A stretch of 64,000 nucleotides of DNA from Ostrea edulis. Its lineage: Eukaryota. The notes beneath the pieces are model-generated. The model saw nothing but the letters and a program-made list of their open reading frames with translations. It did no database searches and was not told where the DNA came from. The stretch lies in NCBI RefSeq assembly GCF_947568905.1, contig NC_079173.1, positions 31,310,001 to 31,374,000 on the forward strand, written 5' to 3'. A program made the translations under genes and the position numbers. Of this stretch, positions 36,638 through 50,436 are shown one piece after another. Every line of letters starts with the position of its first letter. Within the stretch, counting starts at the first letter, position 1.

Positions 36638-37539
36638 GGATATTCTATTAGATATGGCTACATTATGGTGTCTTCTTCAATATTCAAAAGATGGTTAGAC
36701 AATCTAAACTGAATTAACCCTATATATTTAATGGAAAGATTTTGTTTAATATGCTTGTAGGCAGAACCTATCAATAAGGTGTGTTTTGAAGATTCTAACA
36801 AGGTTTGTTTATATACATCTATAAGTCTTTGTTTTACCCTTGAATAATTCCAATGTTATTTATTACAAGTGTTTTGATTGGACAAAAATAAAGCTGAACA
36901 AGAGTTTACACATCAATAAATCCGAAAACGCGATGTATTCATACACGCCTGAAAACAAACAACACAGTGCGGGGAAACTATTCAAATTTTTGCAATTGTT
37001 AATGAAATGAATGAATTGGAATTATAAGAATCAAACATTCTTTTTGAAGAATTTATCGATGTGTAAACTCCGGTCATTTTACTCACAAACTTAACATAAA
37101 AGTGCTTTGCACTTTTATTCAGTTTGTGAGTAAAATGTCCGGAGTTTACACATCGATAAATTCTTCAAAAAGAATGTTTAATCCTATAGTATTTTCTGAT
37201 TTCTTTTTCTTAATGATACATGTAATGTACATCCGTCGTTATACCGGTACCGTTTACACTTTGAAAGACTGCGAAACAATTATGCTTATGATATGAATAT
37301 TTTGAAAATATACTGCAAGAACAACAATTATTCAATAATTCAAAATCACCAGCCAGATATGTAAGGTAAAATGGGCAATTATCACTAGTGCATTATCTTT
37401 AAATTATGGAATACCAGGGTTGCAATTCGCTTAAATGCGTTTTCACACGAAGAATTCACCGACATTGCATGTAAACACTTTGAGAAATTATTTTTGGCAA
37501 ACCCATAATTATCATAGAGAAATGGATTTGAACTCCAAC

Positions 37540-37690
37540 TGACCCATCTACAAATGATAATCCTTACCTTCGCTTTATTCATTATTGTAATGAAAAGTGA
37601 ATATAACGAGCAGTGATCAATCTCGTAAATACAATAATGGATACACAATTAATAGTAGAGCAAACATGGACCCTGGACACAGAAGAGGTG
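37540..37690 (-). repeat. Fragment of an abundant short interspersed repeat (possibly Penelope-derived)
   Basis: AACGA.CAGTGATCAATCTC...AAACATGGACCCTGGAC, the same family as at 38340-38600, 41925-41970, 43210-43345, 53620-53730 and 56130-56400. Confidence 0.6.
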
Positions 37691-37895
37691 TTTATATGGT
37701 GTTCGGCTTTATTATTTTTCAAAAATTTAATATTTGTGGCGTGGGTTAGGTGGCCTAGCTAAGGTGACCTTAATATAGTACAGATATTGCAACTCCCTGA
37801 ATGAGCAATCGTTAATGGCGATTCATTTTGTAGTGATAATTCAGTGATGGTGAAGTTCAGGCGCGTAGCTGCCTATACGCAAGTACATATCATTT

Positions 37896-37935
<40 letters not shown>

Positions 37936-38339
37936 ATTCAATCAAATTTAGTCCATTTTGAATTTCAAATTATCAAGTATGCACTCAAACAAATGAAGTA
38001 GATTAGAAAAAGTTATTTTATTCGTAAAACCCAGGAGCATCCAATACCGCAAGTACTTTGCGTACATTTCATTTTCTTTCTGGCTACGCGCTTGGAGTTC
38101 ATAGATAGTTTATATTAAATCCAAAAGAAGAAACATAATCAGATTGTTTAAAAATGCTGTTTCCAAAATTGAATTAAGATCATGCTTTGTAAATAAGCAA
38201 TTTGTTTTTTACATGACGGAATTAGAAGAACATGACACTCTTTACCGCTTGAGCTTAGAGGAATATATCCCAGTGCATTGAACGCGATCACCTTGTAAAA
38301 TGGAGAATGGTACATGTATATCATACAACCTGTCAACGG

Positions 38340-38600
38340 GTCAAATGCTGCCTGACGTATTTCATACCAATTGTTATTTCTTTACACGCTGACTTTTGAC
38401 TACGGATTACTCCGTTTACATTATCAAGATATCGGGCTCACGGCGGGTGTGATCGGTCAACAAGGGATTCTTTCTCCTTCTGGGCACCTGATCCCACCAC
38501 TGGTATCGTCAAGGATCCGTGTTTGCCCAACTCTGAATGTGTATTGCTTATAGGAATCATGAGATTGATCACTGTTCGTTACATTCACCTTTTCATTAAA
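38340..38600 (+). repeat. Same interspersed repeat family, longest copy
   Basis: GGGCTCACGGCGGGTGTGA.CGGTC.ACA.GGGAT..GGCACCTGATCCCACC..GAGATTGATCACTGTTCGTTA..TTCACCTTT. Confidence 0.65.
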
Positions 38601-39199
38601 GTCTGTGACATATTCTTTCAACTTAATCACTCCAGACCATTACTCGGTGTTGTTCTGTTTGTTTTTTACTCTTTTTTTTTGCTGCTTACTACTTGTCACA
38701 TCAAGTCTATGATTTTTAAAATCATTTATCCATTATTATTTATGATATCCTTACTTAGTTCCCCCATTTTTTTTCACGTTATTACACCATATTATATTGA
38801 TTTATCATTTTATTCAATCTTTTTCATATTATTTTAGCTTTATTTTTGGTTATTTTTTCTTTTACAACATACTGTCACAATCGGTGAGAGAAAATGCCAA
38901 AGACGGGAAGAGGGGGTGACACCCACAGGCTCGTGCTTAATATTTTTTCATAAGTTATGATGATGATAAAATAGATATATTTGTTTGATGTATATGAAAC
39001 TGTGAATTCTGAGCATGTCTTCCCGTTCTGTCTGTAATATGCTACTCTTGTTCATAAGCCTATTGCTTTTACAAAATGCTCACCTCCTCCTAATATTATT
39101 GCAGAAAATATATTCCGTTTTCCCCGTTTTAGCAACAGCCCAAATATATAGAGTTATTTCTATTTCTAGACTTACTGCATATCAATAATAATTTCCAAT

Positions 39200-39217
39200 A
39201 ATTATATTATATATATA

Positions 39218-39282
<65 letters not shown>
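39200..39282. repeat. (TA)n microsatellite
   Basis: Direct reading. Another tract lies at ~39572-39598. Confidence 0.95.
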
Positions 39283-39285
<3 letters not shown>

Positions 39286-39440
39286 TCTTTGTGCTTTATT
39301 TTAAATATTCTATACAATTGCATCGAGAGATCCACTCTTAATCTTAATATCTTAAACACTGAATGACACAGCGACTGTGTGAGATTGCATCAGTGTGTAT
39401 AAGTAGCGCTTTAGGAGCATAACAAAGCTTCCTTTCTTAG

Positions 39441-39545
39441 GGAAGTCGTTGTGGCCGAGTGGACTTACGCACTGGTTTGACAGTCTTGCTAGAAGGTGGG
39501 TGCCGTAGGTCGCTGGTTCGACCCCGGGCTGGGGCCAACATTTTC
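39441..39545 (+). other. tRNA-derived sequence (pseudo-tRNA or SINE head) with Pol III A and B boxes
   Basis: A box TGGCCGAGTGG (39452-39462), B box GGTTCGACCCC (39515-39525) and a downstream TTTT. No convincing acceptor stem. Confidence 0.55.
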
Positions 39546-39571
39546 AGTACCTAGTTGTGATTATTTAGTGC

Positions 39572-39602
<31 letters not shown>

Positions 39603-40512
39603 TTCATTGCATTTGACTATCTCGTTGTAAGATCCCTAATTATACATACAATGTATGGTGTATAATTAGATTATAGCTCATTGTATATTTTGATTTCATT
39701 GTACATCTAAATCTCGAATGCATTTAAGCTATATTCTACATTCAAATTACATGTAAATCTATGATTTGCATTATATATTTGAATTCTATTACGCATTTAG
39801 ATTATATTGAATCAAGTATACCGCAAACGGTACATCATACGTCCGTAGGACAGTGATATTCAACCTTTAAGCACAATATGCACTCTGAATGAGTATAGGT
39901 ATATGAATAGAAAAGCATTAAGGAAGGTCATGGTGCAGCAATTCAGCTGTGAACTAATCATGTATTTCTCTGAGAGGGAGATTGTAACAGAATGTCAGGG
40001 CAATACCTGTATTCATAACGAAATAAGTGTGGAAACCTGTTTTACCTACTGTTGGCCCTCAAGTGGTTATGGTGCACCGATCTATTTGATATATAAACTC
40101 ACGTTTACGCTTCTTGAGCGTGATATTTTGACTAAATGTCAATGCTGTACATATGTACGTAACGGGAAAAAGTCCGAAAAACATGACCTCGGACGGACGC
40201 ACGGACAACGCCAGAACATAGTATACCCCGTCTGAGGACAGGTGTATAACAAGAAGCATATATGTACTGCACGCTATATACCAACAATATGAATTATATC
40301 ATTTTCTTTAACAATTCAGAAGCTTGTGTTTATATCTATTTTTCCATAACTTTCCGATTCGTTCATTATATAAGTATCTGTCCTATTCTTGCGGTGTATA
40401 GAATAGATATTATTTACTCCTCACTCGTTCATTAAGGCACCTGTCCTTTTTTATGAATGAACGAGTTAATTGAGTAAAAAAATCATTGAACAATCGTCGA
40501 TGAAGTTAGATA

Positions 40513-41690
40513 TCACCGCAATTTTCTAAGCAATACTTCTACTACATCGTGACGCTTATTTTGACGCGCAATACCAAGAGGACTGGTTCCATCATTCTGA
40601 CATAAATTGATATCGGCGCCATCGTTCAGTAGAAGTTGTACCGTGCTGTCATGTCCTTCTTCACAAGCTATAAATAGAGGACTGGCTCCATTATTATTAC
40701 ATAAGTTGATATCGGCGCCATTGTTCAATAACAGTTGTACCGTGCTGTCATGTCCATTTTCACAAGCTATATATAGAGGACTACAGGATCCCTCATTCTG
40801 ACATAGATTAATGTCGGCGCCATTGTTCAGTAACAACTGTACCGTGCTGTCATGTCCTTCTTGACAAGCTATAATTAGAGGACTGACTCCATTATTGTCA
40901 CATAAATTGATATCGGCGCCATTGTTCAGTAACAGTTGTACCTTGTTGTCACGTCCTTTTTCACAAGCTATAAATAGAGGACAGGCTCCTGTATTTCTAC
41001 ATAAATTAATGTCGGCGCCATTGTTCAGTAACAGTTGTACCGTGCTGTCATGTCCATTTTGACAAGCTATAAATAGAGGACTGCCTCCTTCATTCTGACA
41101 TAGATTAATGTCGGTGCCATTTTTCAGTAACAGTTGTACCGTGCTGTCATGTCCATTTTGACAAGCTATATATAGAGGACTGGCTCCCTCATTCTGACAT
41201 AGATTAATGTCGGTGCCATTTTTCAGTAACAGTTGTACCGTGCTGTCATGTCCTTCTTGACAAGCTATATATAGAGGACTGGCTCCTGTATTTCTACATA
41301 AATTGATGTCGGCGCCATTGTTCAGTAACAGTTGTATCGTGCTGTCATGTCCATTTTGACAAGCTATAAATAGAGGACTGGTTCCCTCATTCTGACATAG
41401 ATTAATGTCGGCGCCATTGTTCAGTAACAGTTGTATCGTACTGTCATGTCCTTTATAACAAGCTATATATAGAGGACTGGCTCCCTCATTCTGACATAGA
41501 TTAATGTCGGCGCCATTGTTCAGTAACAGCTGTACCGTGCTGTCATGTCCTTTTCCACAGGCTATGTGAAGAGGATTGAATCCTTTATTGTCATATACAT
41601 TCATGTCGGCGCCATTTTGCAGTAGTTGTTGTACGGTGGTATCATCGCCAACTTGACAAGCTTCATGAAGTGGAGTGTAGCCATTCGTTC
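40513..41690 (-). CDS. Terminal exon of an ankyrin-repeat protein (12 repeats)
   Basis: Acceptor aattag| at 41691-41692 (phase 1). The exon is open from TNGYTPLHEAC through near-identical 33-aa repeats (GASPLYIACQNGHDSTVQLLLNNGADINL) to the stop at 40513. Upstream exons not established. Confidence 0.9.
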
Positions 41691-41971
41691 CTAATTAATT
41701 CATTAAAAATACAATCAAAGAATAACAGCGATATTTCACAGAATTCTATTAAATATTCCACACGCAGACAGGATTACCTGCCATTCATACAAACATATAG
41801 TGCATTTGAATAATTCTTAAAAATTTAGATAACCACTAACCATTTTTCAATCGTTTTCTCATTTTCTCAATTTTTCTCGTTTAAAGTCAGCATTTTGCAA
41901 ATTCGTTGGTCGTTATAACGATGAAAAGGGGAAGATAACGAACAGTGATCAAATCCATAATTCTTATAGGA

Positions 41972-42680
41972 TTGACTGATTGTATCATGCTTATCGTCTC
42001 TCACAATAATTTTTCACTCATACGGAGACGTCACCAAGACCGGTGAAGGGCTTCAAATTTAGGCCATTGAGTAATGAGGGTTCTTTAGCATGCCACACCT
42101 ACTGTGACACGGGACATCCGTTTTTGATGTGACATTCATACCTGATGCCGAGCGTTTAGCGATGGAACTGTCACTACCTGTTTTAACGATTTCGGTCGGT
42201 CGCGGCCGGGATTCGAAACCCGGGCTTTTCCAGGTACGGATCCAGGAATTGCGGTTACGGGGGGCGCTAATTTATGAGGCAGGGGTCTGGGGGCCGCCTT
42301 GAGGCGCCTGGAGTTTACAAATTTTATAGGGCTTGAAATATGTTTCCTATTCAGTCATTTATACTATTTTCTATCATTTTTGATAAGGTGAAATTTGTAA
42401 AATGACGGGAATTTTAAGGGGTTTTTTTGGAAAAAAAGTTCTCCCAATAAGGTAATTCAAGAAATCAAAAGATTTTGTCATTTATTTCTCCTGGAGTGGA
42501 AGGAATTATTGTCATTTCCTTATTTTATCGTTTAGTACATTTTTCTAAACAAGATACCACGATTTACCTTGAATTTGAAAATTTATGGGGGGGGGGGGGG
42601 GGCGGGTGCGCCCCCCTTAAATACGTCACTGCTTTCACATGCGAGGCAAACGCTCTAACCTCTAGGCCACCGCGACGGTG
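41972..42680 (-). mobile_element. tRNA-SINE interrupted between its A and B boxes by a 401-bp MITE
   Basis: Head GCGGTGGCCTAGAGGTTAGAGCG (~42675-42650), B-box-like GGTTTCGAATCCC (~42222-42208), body and (CAAT)-like tail at ~41972. Confidence 0.8.
42231..42631. mobile_element. MITE with degenerate CAG..CTG TIRs and subterminal G/C runs
   Basis: CAGGTACGGATCCAGG...GGGGGGCGC on the left and GCGCCCCCC..TACGTCACTG on the right. Flanks are CTTTTC / CTTTC. Confidence 0.65.
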
Positions 42681-44589
42681 AATTCCTATAGGGGAAAACA
42701 ACCACCCCCCCCAAAAAAAAACCAACAAAAAAACCTAACGATCTAATTTGCCAATACAACCTGTCTAACGTATTTCAAACCAACTCTCAGATCATTCTTT
42801 ACACAGGTCCTCCTTGTATTTTTGAATGTTTAAGTACTTGAATATTTCAGGTGCAGTTTTGATGAAATGTGTCCAGAGTGTTTTTAATTCCATGAAAGAC
42901 ACAAATCTCGCAGAGAAACCATTTTAGAAAATGTCATACCATCGATCATAATACAGTATAGGTCAAAAACTTGGGCCCCCGTGGACCAAAATTCCACGTT
43001 TTAGTATGGGCCTAGAAAAAGTCGGTGCTTTTGAAGTTACAGCCCCCCTCTGCATCACGGTGTGTTCACCGAGTAGGAAGGCGTTACACGGAGTACTGGT
43101 GTCTTGTGGATATAATGTATGTAGTACAATTGTCTTGCATAATATTATTAAGATATTGAGTATATAAACTATAAAGATCAATATTTCACGAGGAATTGAA
43201 AATTAATTGAATGAAAGGTGAAGATAACGAACAGTGACCAATCTCATAACTCCTATAAGCAATACAAAATAGATAGTTGAACAAACATGGACCCCTGGAC
43301 ACACCAGAGGTGGGATCTGGTGCCTAGGAGGAGGAAGCATCCCAAGTCGATGAAGTGATATCGTGTTTCCAACTATTGATTTTGTTAATTTTCCAATCAT
43401 TCATAATATGTGTAGTAAGTTGTATTGACATTACTGCCGTTTAGCCCTTGTAATGATTTGTTCGTGTATTTATTTATTTGTTTAATTGAGAGTATCAATA
43501 ATGAAGTTTCAAAAAAACCGCATCAGCTTCAAGTCAAACATGTTGTATACATATAACTACTATCCATTCATCCGTGAATTTTGGTGTATTTGATACTTTA
43601 CACATGCGTAATTTTACATATTTCAGTTACCCTTTGCTAAGTAAAATGTTTAAATGATTGTATTGCCTTTTCACAGAATTCCATTATAACATGGTAAAAT
43701 AACCTTTCACAATGCCTGGTGAATTAAACTTCAGTTAGACATATAAATAAGATTTTACGGCGTTCATTGTGTAGAGTTATCACACTCATATTCTATAGGC
43801 ACTTATCAGTCGATTCACTTAGTCTTAGAACTTCATTATTTGTACACAATATTCTAGTCAAAATTACTCAATAAAAGAGAAGGGGATTACAACAGATGGG
43901 TTTCTAGATATTCTGGTCATGATGCTGTTAGACATGTTAAAGTTTTATATCATTCGCTAAAAGTTTAGATTTACTACAAAGTAATAAATTTAACACATAC
44001 CAGTACCTACACAAAACTGATAGAATACCGTTAATCATAAAGAAGCAAGAACGAAGGCCAAGTAAAGATGTTGAATCTGGCCAAAGCCGTCGTAATTTCA
44101 TTATAATTGACCAAGCCGGTTGTGGAAAGGTTTACACATTTTAGATATAATTCGCCATTTACAGAACACGGACAACTCACGGACGCACGGAAATCGAAAA
44201 AAAAAAATAGTACGAAACACGGATTCATTTTGCCCGGATGATAAAAGTTTCCGTGCATTTTATTTTTGTAAAATCTATTGATGTGTGACTTCGAATATAC
44301 TTTGAATTTTTTGAGTACACCCTGGGGAAGATGGTGGTAGAATCTATCAATCACGGAAAATGTCCGTGCATTGTGACATCACTGTAATTGTTTCATTACA
44401 AAAATCCGTCCGTGATTTGTATGCAATATTGCCTTCATCACATTGCGATATTTACAGACGGAAGGCTATGTTTCTTTCATAATACAAGTATTTTATCGTT
44501 ATTTTATAGAAATTCTTCAATTACCGAATTTCAGTAAACGTTTGGTATCTGTGAATCCGTGACTGAAAAAAATATCTCCGTGATTTGTA

Positions 44590-46885
44590 GGGTGTTGCTA
44601 AAACGCGGAACGGAAGACGGAACGGAAACCGGAATAAAATTTTAAAGAATTAGAATGATTGATGTAGCTAAGATAACACCAAAAATCGGATGAAAATACT
44701 TTATGATTAAATTCAAAATTTTGGGAATTTGTTTGCAAGCGGTAAAACAATTTTATCTTAAAATTCTGTATCATAAATTGATTAGGCGAAGGTTTGTATA
44801 AGAATTTACCAAGAATTTTGAAATGTCGGCATTAACAGATGTGTTCGAGAGCAGTGACACCTATGGCTAGGGAATGGAAAGAACACACGAACTTTTTAAC
44901 CAGGGGTGGATCCAAGAATTCTGGTTAAAGGGGGGGGGGGCGTGGAATTTTTTCCAGAGACAGGGGGTCTGAGGCAAAGCCCTGGTGGGGAAGCCCAGGA
45001 ATTTTAGTGATTTTTAGAGTAAAATTTAACCATACAATTGGCCTTCATAGGTGAAGTTACATCCCCTCTTACAATCAGAAACACACCTTTATCAACACTA
45101 CTCAAATGAGGCAAAATTTATCATAAGTAAAGTTCTTTCTAGTCAAACTTATTAGCTCGCCATTGAGCTGTGATTTGAGTCAATCTATATGAATTTCTTG
45201 GATTTGAAAATAAGCATGTTGTTGCGACGCAGGAATCGATGTGATAGCACATGAAAGGGAAAATGCTTACTGATTTCACATAAAAAATGATAGATATAAT
45301 ATATTTCATATTAATTTATTGTTATTTAATCGATGTGATAACACATGAAAGGGAAAGTGCTAACTGATTTCACATAAAAAATGATAAATATAATATATTT
45401 CATATTAATTTATTGTTATTTGTTTTTGACATATTCTTGAATTGGCTTTTTATAACTTATCGGCATTTCATTGTAGATTTTCAGCTTGGAAAAACATGAC
45501 GTCACAATCACATTCGTTTACAAACTACGCAGGGTTTCCCGAAAGTAACGGAGTTAGGGACTTTATGTATTTTGACATTCACCTTTTCGAATCAATTATC
45601 ATAATTATGATTTGATTTGACCTCTTTTTATAGTACGCAATGATTTGTAACCTGAACTTTGAAAATTTTAGGGGGGGTTCACCCCCCCCCCCCCTATGCC
45701 CCTCTAAATCCGCCAGTGGAACCACCGTGGGAAACGTTATTAACACACATTTACATGTAAATTTACACATAATACCGTGTATGTGTATACTTATCACAGG
45801 GAGTGTGGTATGTATATATATAACAATGACAATATATGCTCTTACATGTATTAGATCAGCAAGTTAAACATCTTGTGTTTGATATATTATTTTTAGCTCA
45901 CCTGAGCTTAAAGCTCAAATGAGCTTTTCTGATCGCCTGCTGTCCGTCTGTCTGTACACTTTTTACAGTTTTGACTTCTTCTCTAGAACCAATGAGCCAA
46001 TAATAACCAAACTTGGCCAAAAGCATCCTTGGGTAACGGGCTTTGAAATTTATTCAAATGAAGGACCATGCCCTCTTCAATAGGGATATAATCACAAAAA
46101 TGCAAAAGTAGGATGGGGTCATTTAGAAATCTTCTCAAGAACCACTAGACCAGAAGAGCGAGAAATTTACATGACAGCTTCCTTATATAGTGCAGATTCA
46201 AGTTTGTTAAAATCATGGCCCCTGGGGATCGGATGGGGCCACAATAATATATAGGAAAAATCTTTAAAAATCTTCTTCTCAAGAACTCCTAAGCCAGAAG
46301 AGCAGGATGTTGGTAAATGTACGAACATCCACATAAATTCATTCCAAATGAGGCAAACCTTTTATACACACCGGACTCGTTCGCTTTCGAATTTGATATG
46401 ATGTATAAATACATATTATTCATGTATTATACCAGGTGTAGAACTAAATTATGAATAAAAGCAAGTTCGATAATTAAGAAGGCTGTGTTTGGGGTAATTG
46501 TTGAAAAAAATATTTCATCTTTCACAATGTTGGTTGGGGGGGGGGGGGGGGGCTTTTATTCATTGGATGTAAAATTTGAAAATTCAAATTTATTTCAGTA
46601 TGTTTTATTTTTTTGAATTCTTATTTTTAATTTGTTGATATTTTCCATGGTAAGTTAATCATTTTAAAATTCATATGCATTAGTATGAAGTATTTGAAAC
46701 AGTGGATTATGTGAATGACTTCCCGCTCTCTCTGTAATTTCTGCTTTCCCTTGTTCATGATAAACCTTTTATTTTGTAAAATACTGACCTCTTCATAACA
46801 CTATTGCATACAATATTTTCCGTTTTCCGTTCCGTTCCATCTTCCGATTCGTTTTCTGTTCCGCCTCTTAGCCAATAGGAACACT
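44590..46885. mobile_element. Nested TIR element with (GGAAC)n / (GTTCC)n subterminal repeats
   Basis: GGGTGTTGCTAAAACGCGGAACGGAA.. on the left and ..TTCCGTTCCG..GTTCCGCCTCTTAGC on the right (degenerate). Confidence 0.5.
45890..46310 (+). mobile_element. Helentron-like 5' fragment
   Basis: TTTTTAGCTCACCTGAGCTTAAAGCTCAAATGAGCTT, with the same interior as 6683-6890 and 7790-8040. Confidence 0.65.
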
Positions 46886-46989
46886 CGTGATTTGTATGTA
46901 ATTTCTATGATGCACGGAAATAAATAAATGATACAAATCACGGATTCATTTTGCATGGATGATAAAAATGTCAGTGAATTTAAAATCTT

Positions 46990-48080
46990 AGAAGGTGTAT
47001 ATATGTGTAATGACTTGTTATACCCATTATTTGCCCTTAAATCAACTATAAAACAATTGTATTTAAATCATTGTACCTTATTCTCCCTTTTCGATACCTA
47101 TGTCTGTAGTATTTTGAATTACGGATGTGAAGTGTGGGGATTACATAAAGGACCTGACATTGAAAAGGTTCATCTGGATTTTTTAAAATTTGCACTTGGT
47201 GTTCGTAAAAACACTAATACAACCATGGTATATTTTGAAACAGGGCGTTTACCATTGTATTATGTTCGTATTTTGAGAATGTTCAAGTTTTGGTTTAAAC
47301 TATTGCAGTCTGAAAATTGTTTACTTAATGCTGCATATGAATGTTTATACAATATCTGTGAAAATACAAAGCACACAAATCGTAACTGGGCTACTTTTAT
47401 CAAGGAACAACTTGATTGTTTGGGACTTAGTTATATGTTGTAATACAACAAAGATTGAAGGATCATTTTATTCAAAATTTACATAGGAACATGCAGTATG
47501 AATCAAAATGCACTATTTACAAACATTTGGTTGATAACTTTTGCTTGCAATATTACCTAGAAAAATCTATTCCTAAATTGTACAAAAAGGGTATCTCCAA
47601 AATAAGGCTATCATCACATAATTTATCCATAGAAACTGGCAGACATAAAAATGTACCACGTGAAAAAAGGTTTTGTAAAACATGTATCACTGAAATTGAG
47701 GATGAATACCACTTTTTGTTATTCTGTCCTGTATATTGCCAGATTAGAGCTAAATTAGTGAAGAAGTATTACTGGAGTAAACCCTCCATGTTCAAATTTA
47801 TACAACTACTAAGTGTGAACAATGTTAAAGAACTCTGTAACTTGGGGAAATTTATCTGTAGAGCTCTTGAACTAAGAACAGTCCATAATATGTAATTTGT
47901 ATCGTCATTCTCCTTTTTTACTATCACTATACTAGTGTATTTACTATATAATATTGTATGCTAGATGTCTTTGAAAGAATTGGCCGTTTATTTTCAGTTT
48001 TGTAATTATTATCCATGTTCAATTTTGTTATAATGCTATAAGATGTATGTCTTTCGCAATAAAGTTATTATTATTGTTAT
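46990..48080 (+). mobile_element. 5'-truncated LINE 3' fragment (RT thumb + C-terminal Zn finger)
   Basis: FDTYVCSILNYGCEVWG (similar to the LINE at the window start), IETGRH..RFCKTC..EDEYHF, then AATAAA and a (TTA)n tail at ~48058-48078. Confidence 0.9.
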
Positions 48081-49210
48081 ACCCGGAATAATAACACAAA
48101 ATGCACGTAAAAAACTTCAAGAAATTTAATAACATAATATCATTTACCACTCTTACAATCCATACTTTTCATTCTTTTTTACTTCTAAGTATTGAATTTT
48201 AACATTGTGGATGTTCAACCACTGGCGACACTTTAATTAAATAAGGCATTCCACAAGTACAAAACACTTGCACGGACATCAACGCGCATATTTTCTTTAT
48301 CCACAGACATATCTTGTCTTTTTAGTCCCGGATTCACGGATACCAAAGTTACGAAAATTCTGTAAATTGCCTTTATTGAAGAATTTATGTGAAATAACAA
48401 TTAAAATAAAATATCGTCATACTTGTATTATGAAAGAAACATAAATTTCGCATGTTTATGTAGTGAAGGCAACAAAGAATCTCAGACATTGCATACAAAT
48501 CACGTACAAATTCTTTTAAACTCACGGACATTTTTTTTTATTCACGGATATCAAAGTTACGGAAATTCTGTAAATTGTATTTACTTAAGAATTTATTTGA
48601 AATACGGATTAAATTAAAATGCTACGATACTTGTATTAGGCGACACCAATAATATTTCTTGTTCGTCGGATCTGAGAGCTCGTATTTAAAAAGAGCGTAA
48701 GAAATAATATTAATTAAAATACCCGCTTCCGTGCGTCCGTGACTGTCCATTTTTCTCAAACTCAGATATAATTGAAAACCTCAGAGCGTTTAGTAGGTAG
48801 TATGTCATGGAAAAACGAATGAATCATGAAAGCACAAACATGACAGTGCTCGATTTTACAATTCGATAATATACAGTGACCCCCGGTTAGATTGCCAATA
48901 TTAGTAATGCGGCAAGTTTGGTATTATAGCGAGGTTGGCATCATAGCGGGGTTGGCATTATATCGGGAGGGGGTATGTGTACAGTCGTTACTATTAATCA
49001 AACAGATTTTAGCTACTGCAAAAATAATTTAATTAATGCTTTTATAATTGATAAATACATAGAGGTATATTTCATCTCCCATTTGATTGTAATCGAATTC
49101 AATGTCTTCTAAACATGCCAATTGTCAACTATTTTATCAGTCATTCGCAGTAGAAAATCCATTTTAGATTCAGTTGTTAATTCTATCGTATACGACATTC
49201 AATGCCCTGA

Positions 49211-49603
49211 CTGGGTTCTACATGGGTAGGAACTGGCGGAGCTTTGTCTTTGCTATTGTTATATAACTTTTCTGCATTCTCACTTTAAGTCGCCACCTTT
49301 AACGATATTTGATCGTCAGTAAGTGATTCGAAAAACTAGGCAATATTTTATCGAAATTCCAAAAATATCGGATGGTCACCATCACGTCTGGATACGAAAG
49401 CCGATAGGCTATAAAATTTTATTCTTTTAACATTTAGGCGGCCGCCACTTATTTAGCATGCAGAATCTGACTATTTGAATTCTTGACATTAAGGATTTAT
49501 CTTGTATATAATCTAAATGCTTCCAACTATGACAACTCTTATTATTTAATTCAGTACTTCCAACTATGACAGCCTTATGTTTACTCTCTAACCATGACAA
49601 CCT

Positions 49604-49649
<46 letters not shown>

Positions 49650-50294
49650 ATGAAACGGGTACAATCCCTATAATCTCCCTCTCCAATACTTAGTAATATG
49701 GATGCGTTATACAACCGAGAGCATTATTGTTTGTCGATTGTGCTGTTAATTTACAAAATGTTATTATAGATGTTCATGATATCAACTTTCGACAGATTCG
49801 TGCACGAGAAAAACATCTTAATGTATACTTAATATACCAACGTCTCAGGCATGTAAAATCAGCGGCCTGCCCGTTCACTTTTTGACAAAGTTCGTTCTCC
49901 GTTATTTTCATATAATGCAAAATAAAAGAATTAATGAATCAATTTAGGATCATGAAGTTTGGACAAAAGAGAAATTTTTTAGGTTCTTTTTCTGCTTAAC
50001 AACAGTTTTAGACGACTTTTTTTTCCTCCGACTATCCCTAAACTTTGAAAAACAATGCTACGTGTCTGCGTACTATTCTAAATCTTACAAATATAATCAA
50101 TCTGACAGCAGTACGAAGTAAATTCTTTTTTGAAATTGGCAGCCGCCATGTATCAATTTATTTTCTCACCAGACGGCGCGTATAGTACGAGTAGCGCACG
50201 GAGTTCTGGGTGGAGAAAAGTATAAATGAAGTTGCGGCCGCAATTTAAATTAAGTGGCGGCCGCCAGTTCAATGAATATCAATTCTATACCCTG
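49211..50294. mobile_element. Degenerate hAT-like MITE with GGCGGCCGCC subterminal motifs
   Basis: CTGGGTTCTACA..AACTGGCGG on the left versus reverse-complemented CAGGGTATAGAA..AACTGGCGGCCGCC on the right. No TSD. Confidence 0.35.
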
Positions 50295-50436
50295 GCACCT
50301 ATCGACTTCCGTATCTGAATCCAAAGCAAGTGAGTCTTGAACTTGAGAAAATTTCTTGCTTTGTCGGGTGAAACACTTTCCGAGGCTAGTTTTAAAAAAA
50401 CTGGGGCGACGATTTGGGGTGAAACAGTGGACTAAC

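Larger units (their letters stand above)
44060..48750. mobile_element. Degraded non-autonomous element rich in CACGGA/TCCGTG motifs, hosting nested insertions
   Basis: Motif clusters at ~44180-44580, ~46880-46960 and ~48270-48740. Boundaries are approximate. Confidence 0.4.

Noticed and set aside
39441-39545. Functional tRNA gene
   Set aside because: The boxes are present, but I could not fold a proper acceptor or anticodon stem.
44579-46897. 11-bp direct repeat CGTGATTTGTA as a TSD
   Set aside because: The same motif recurs inside the host element (~44410), so it may be an internal repeat.
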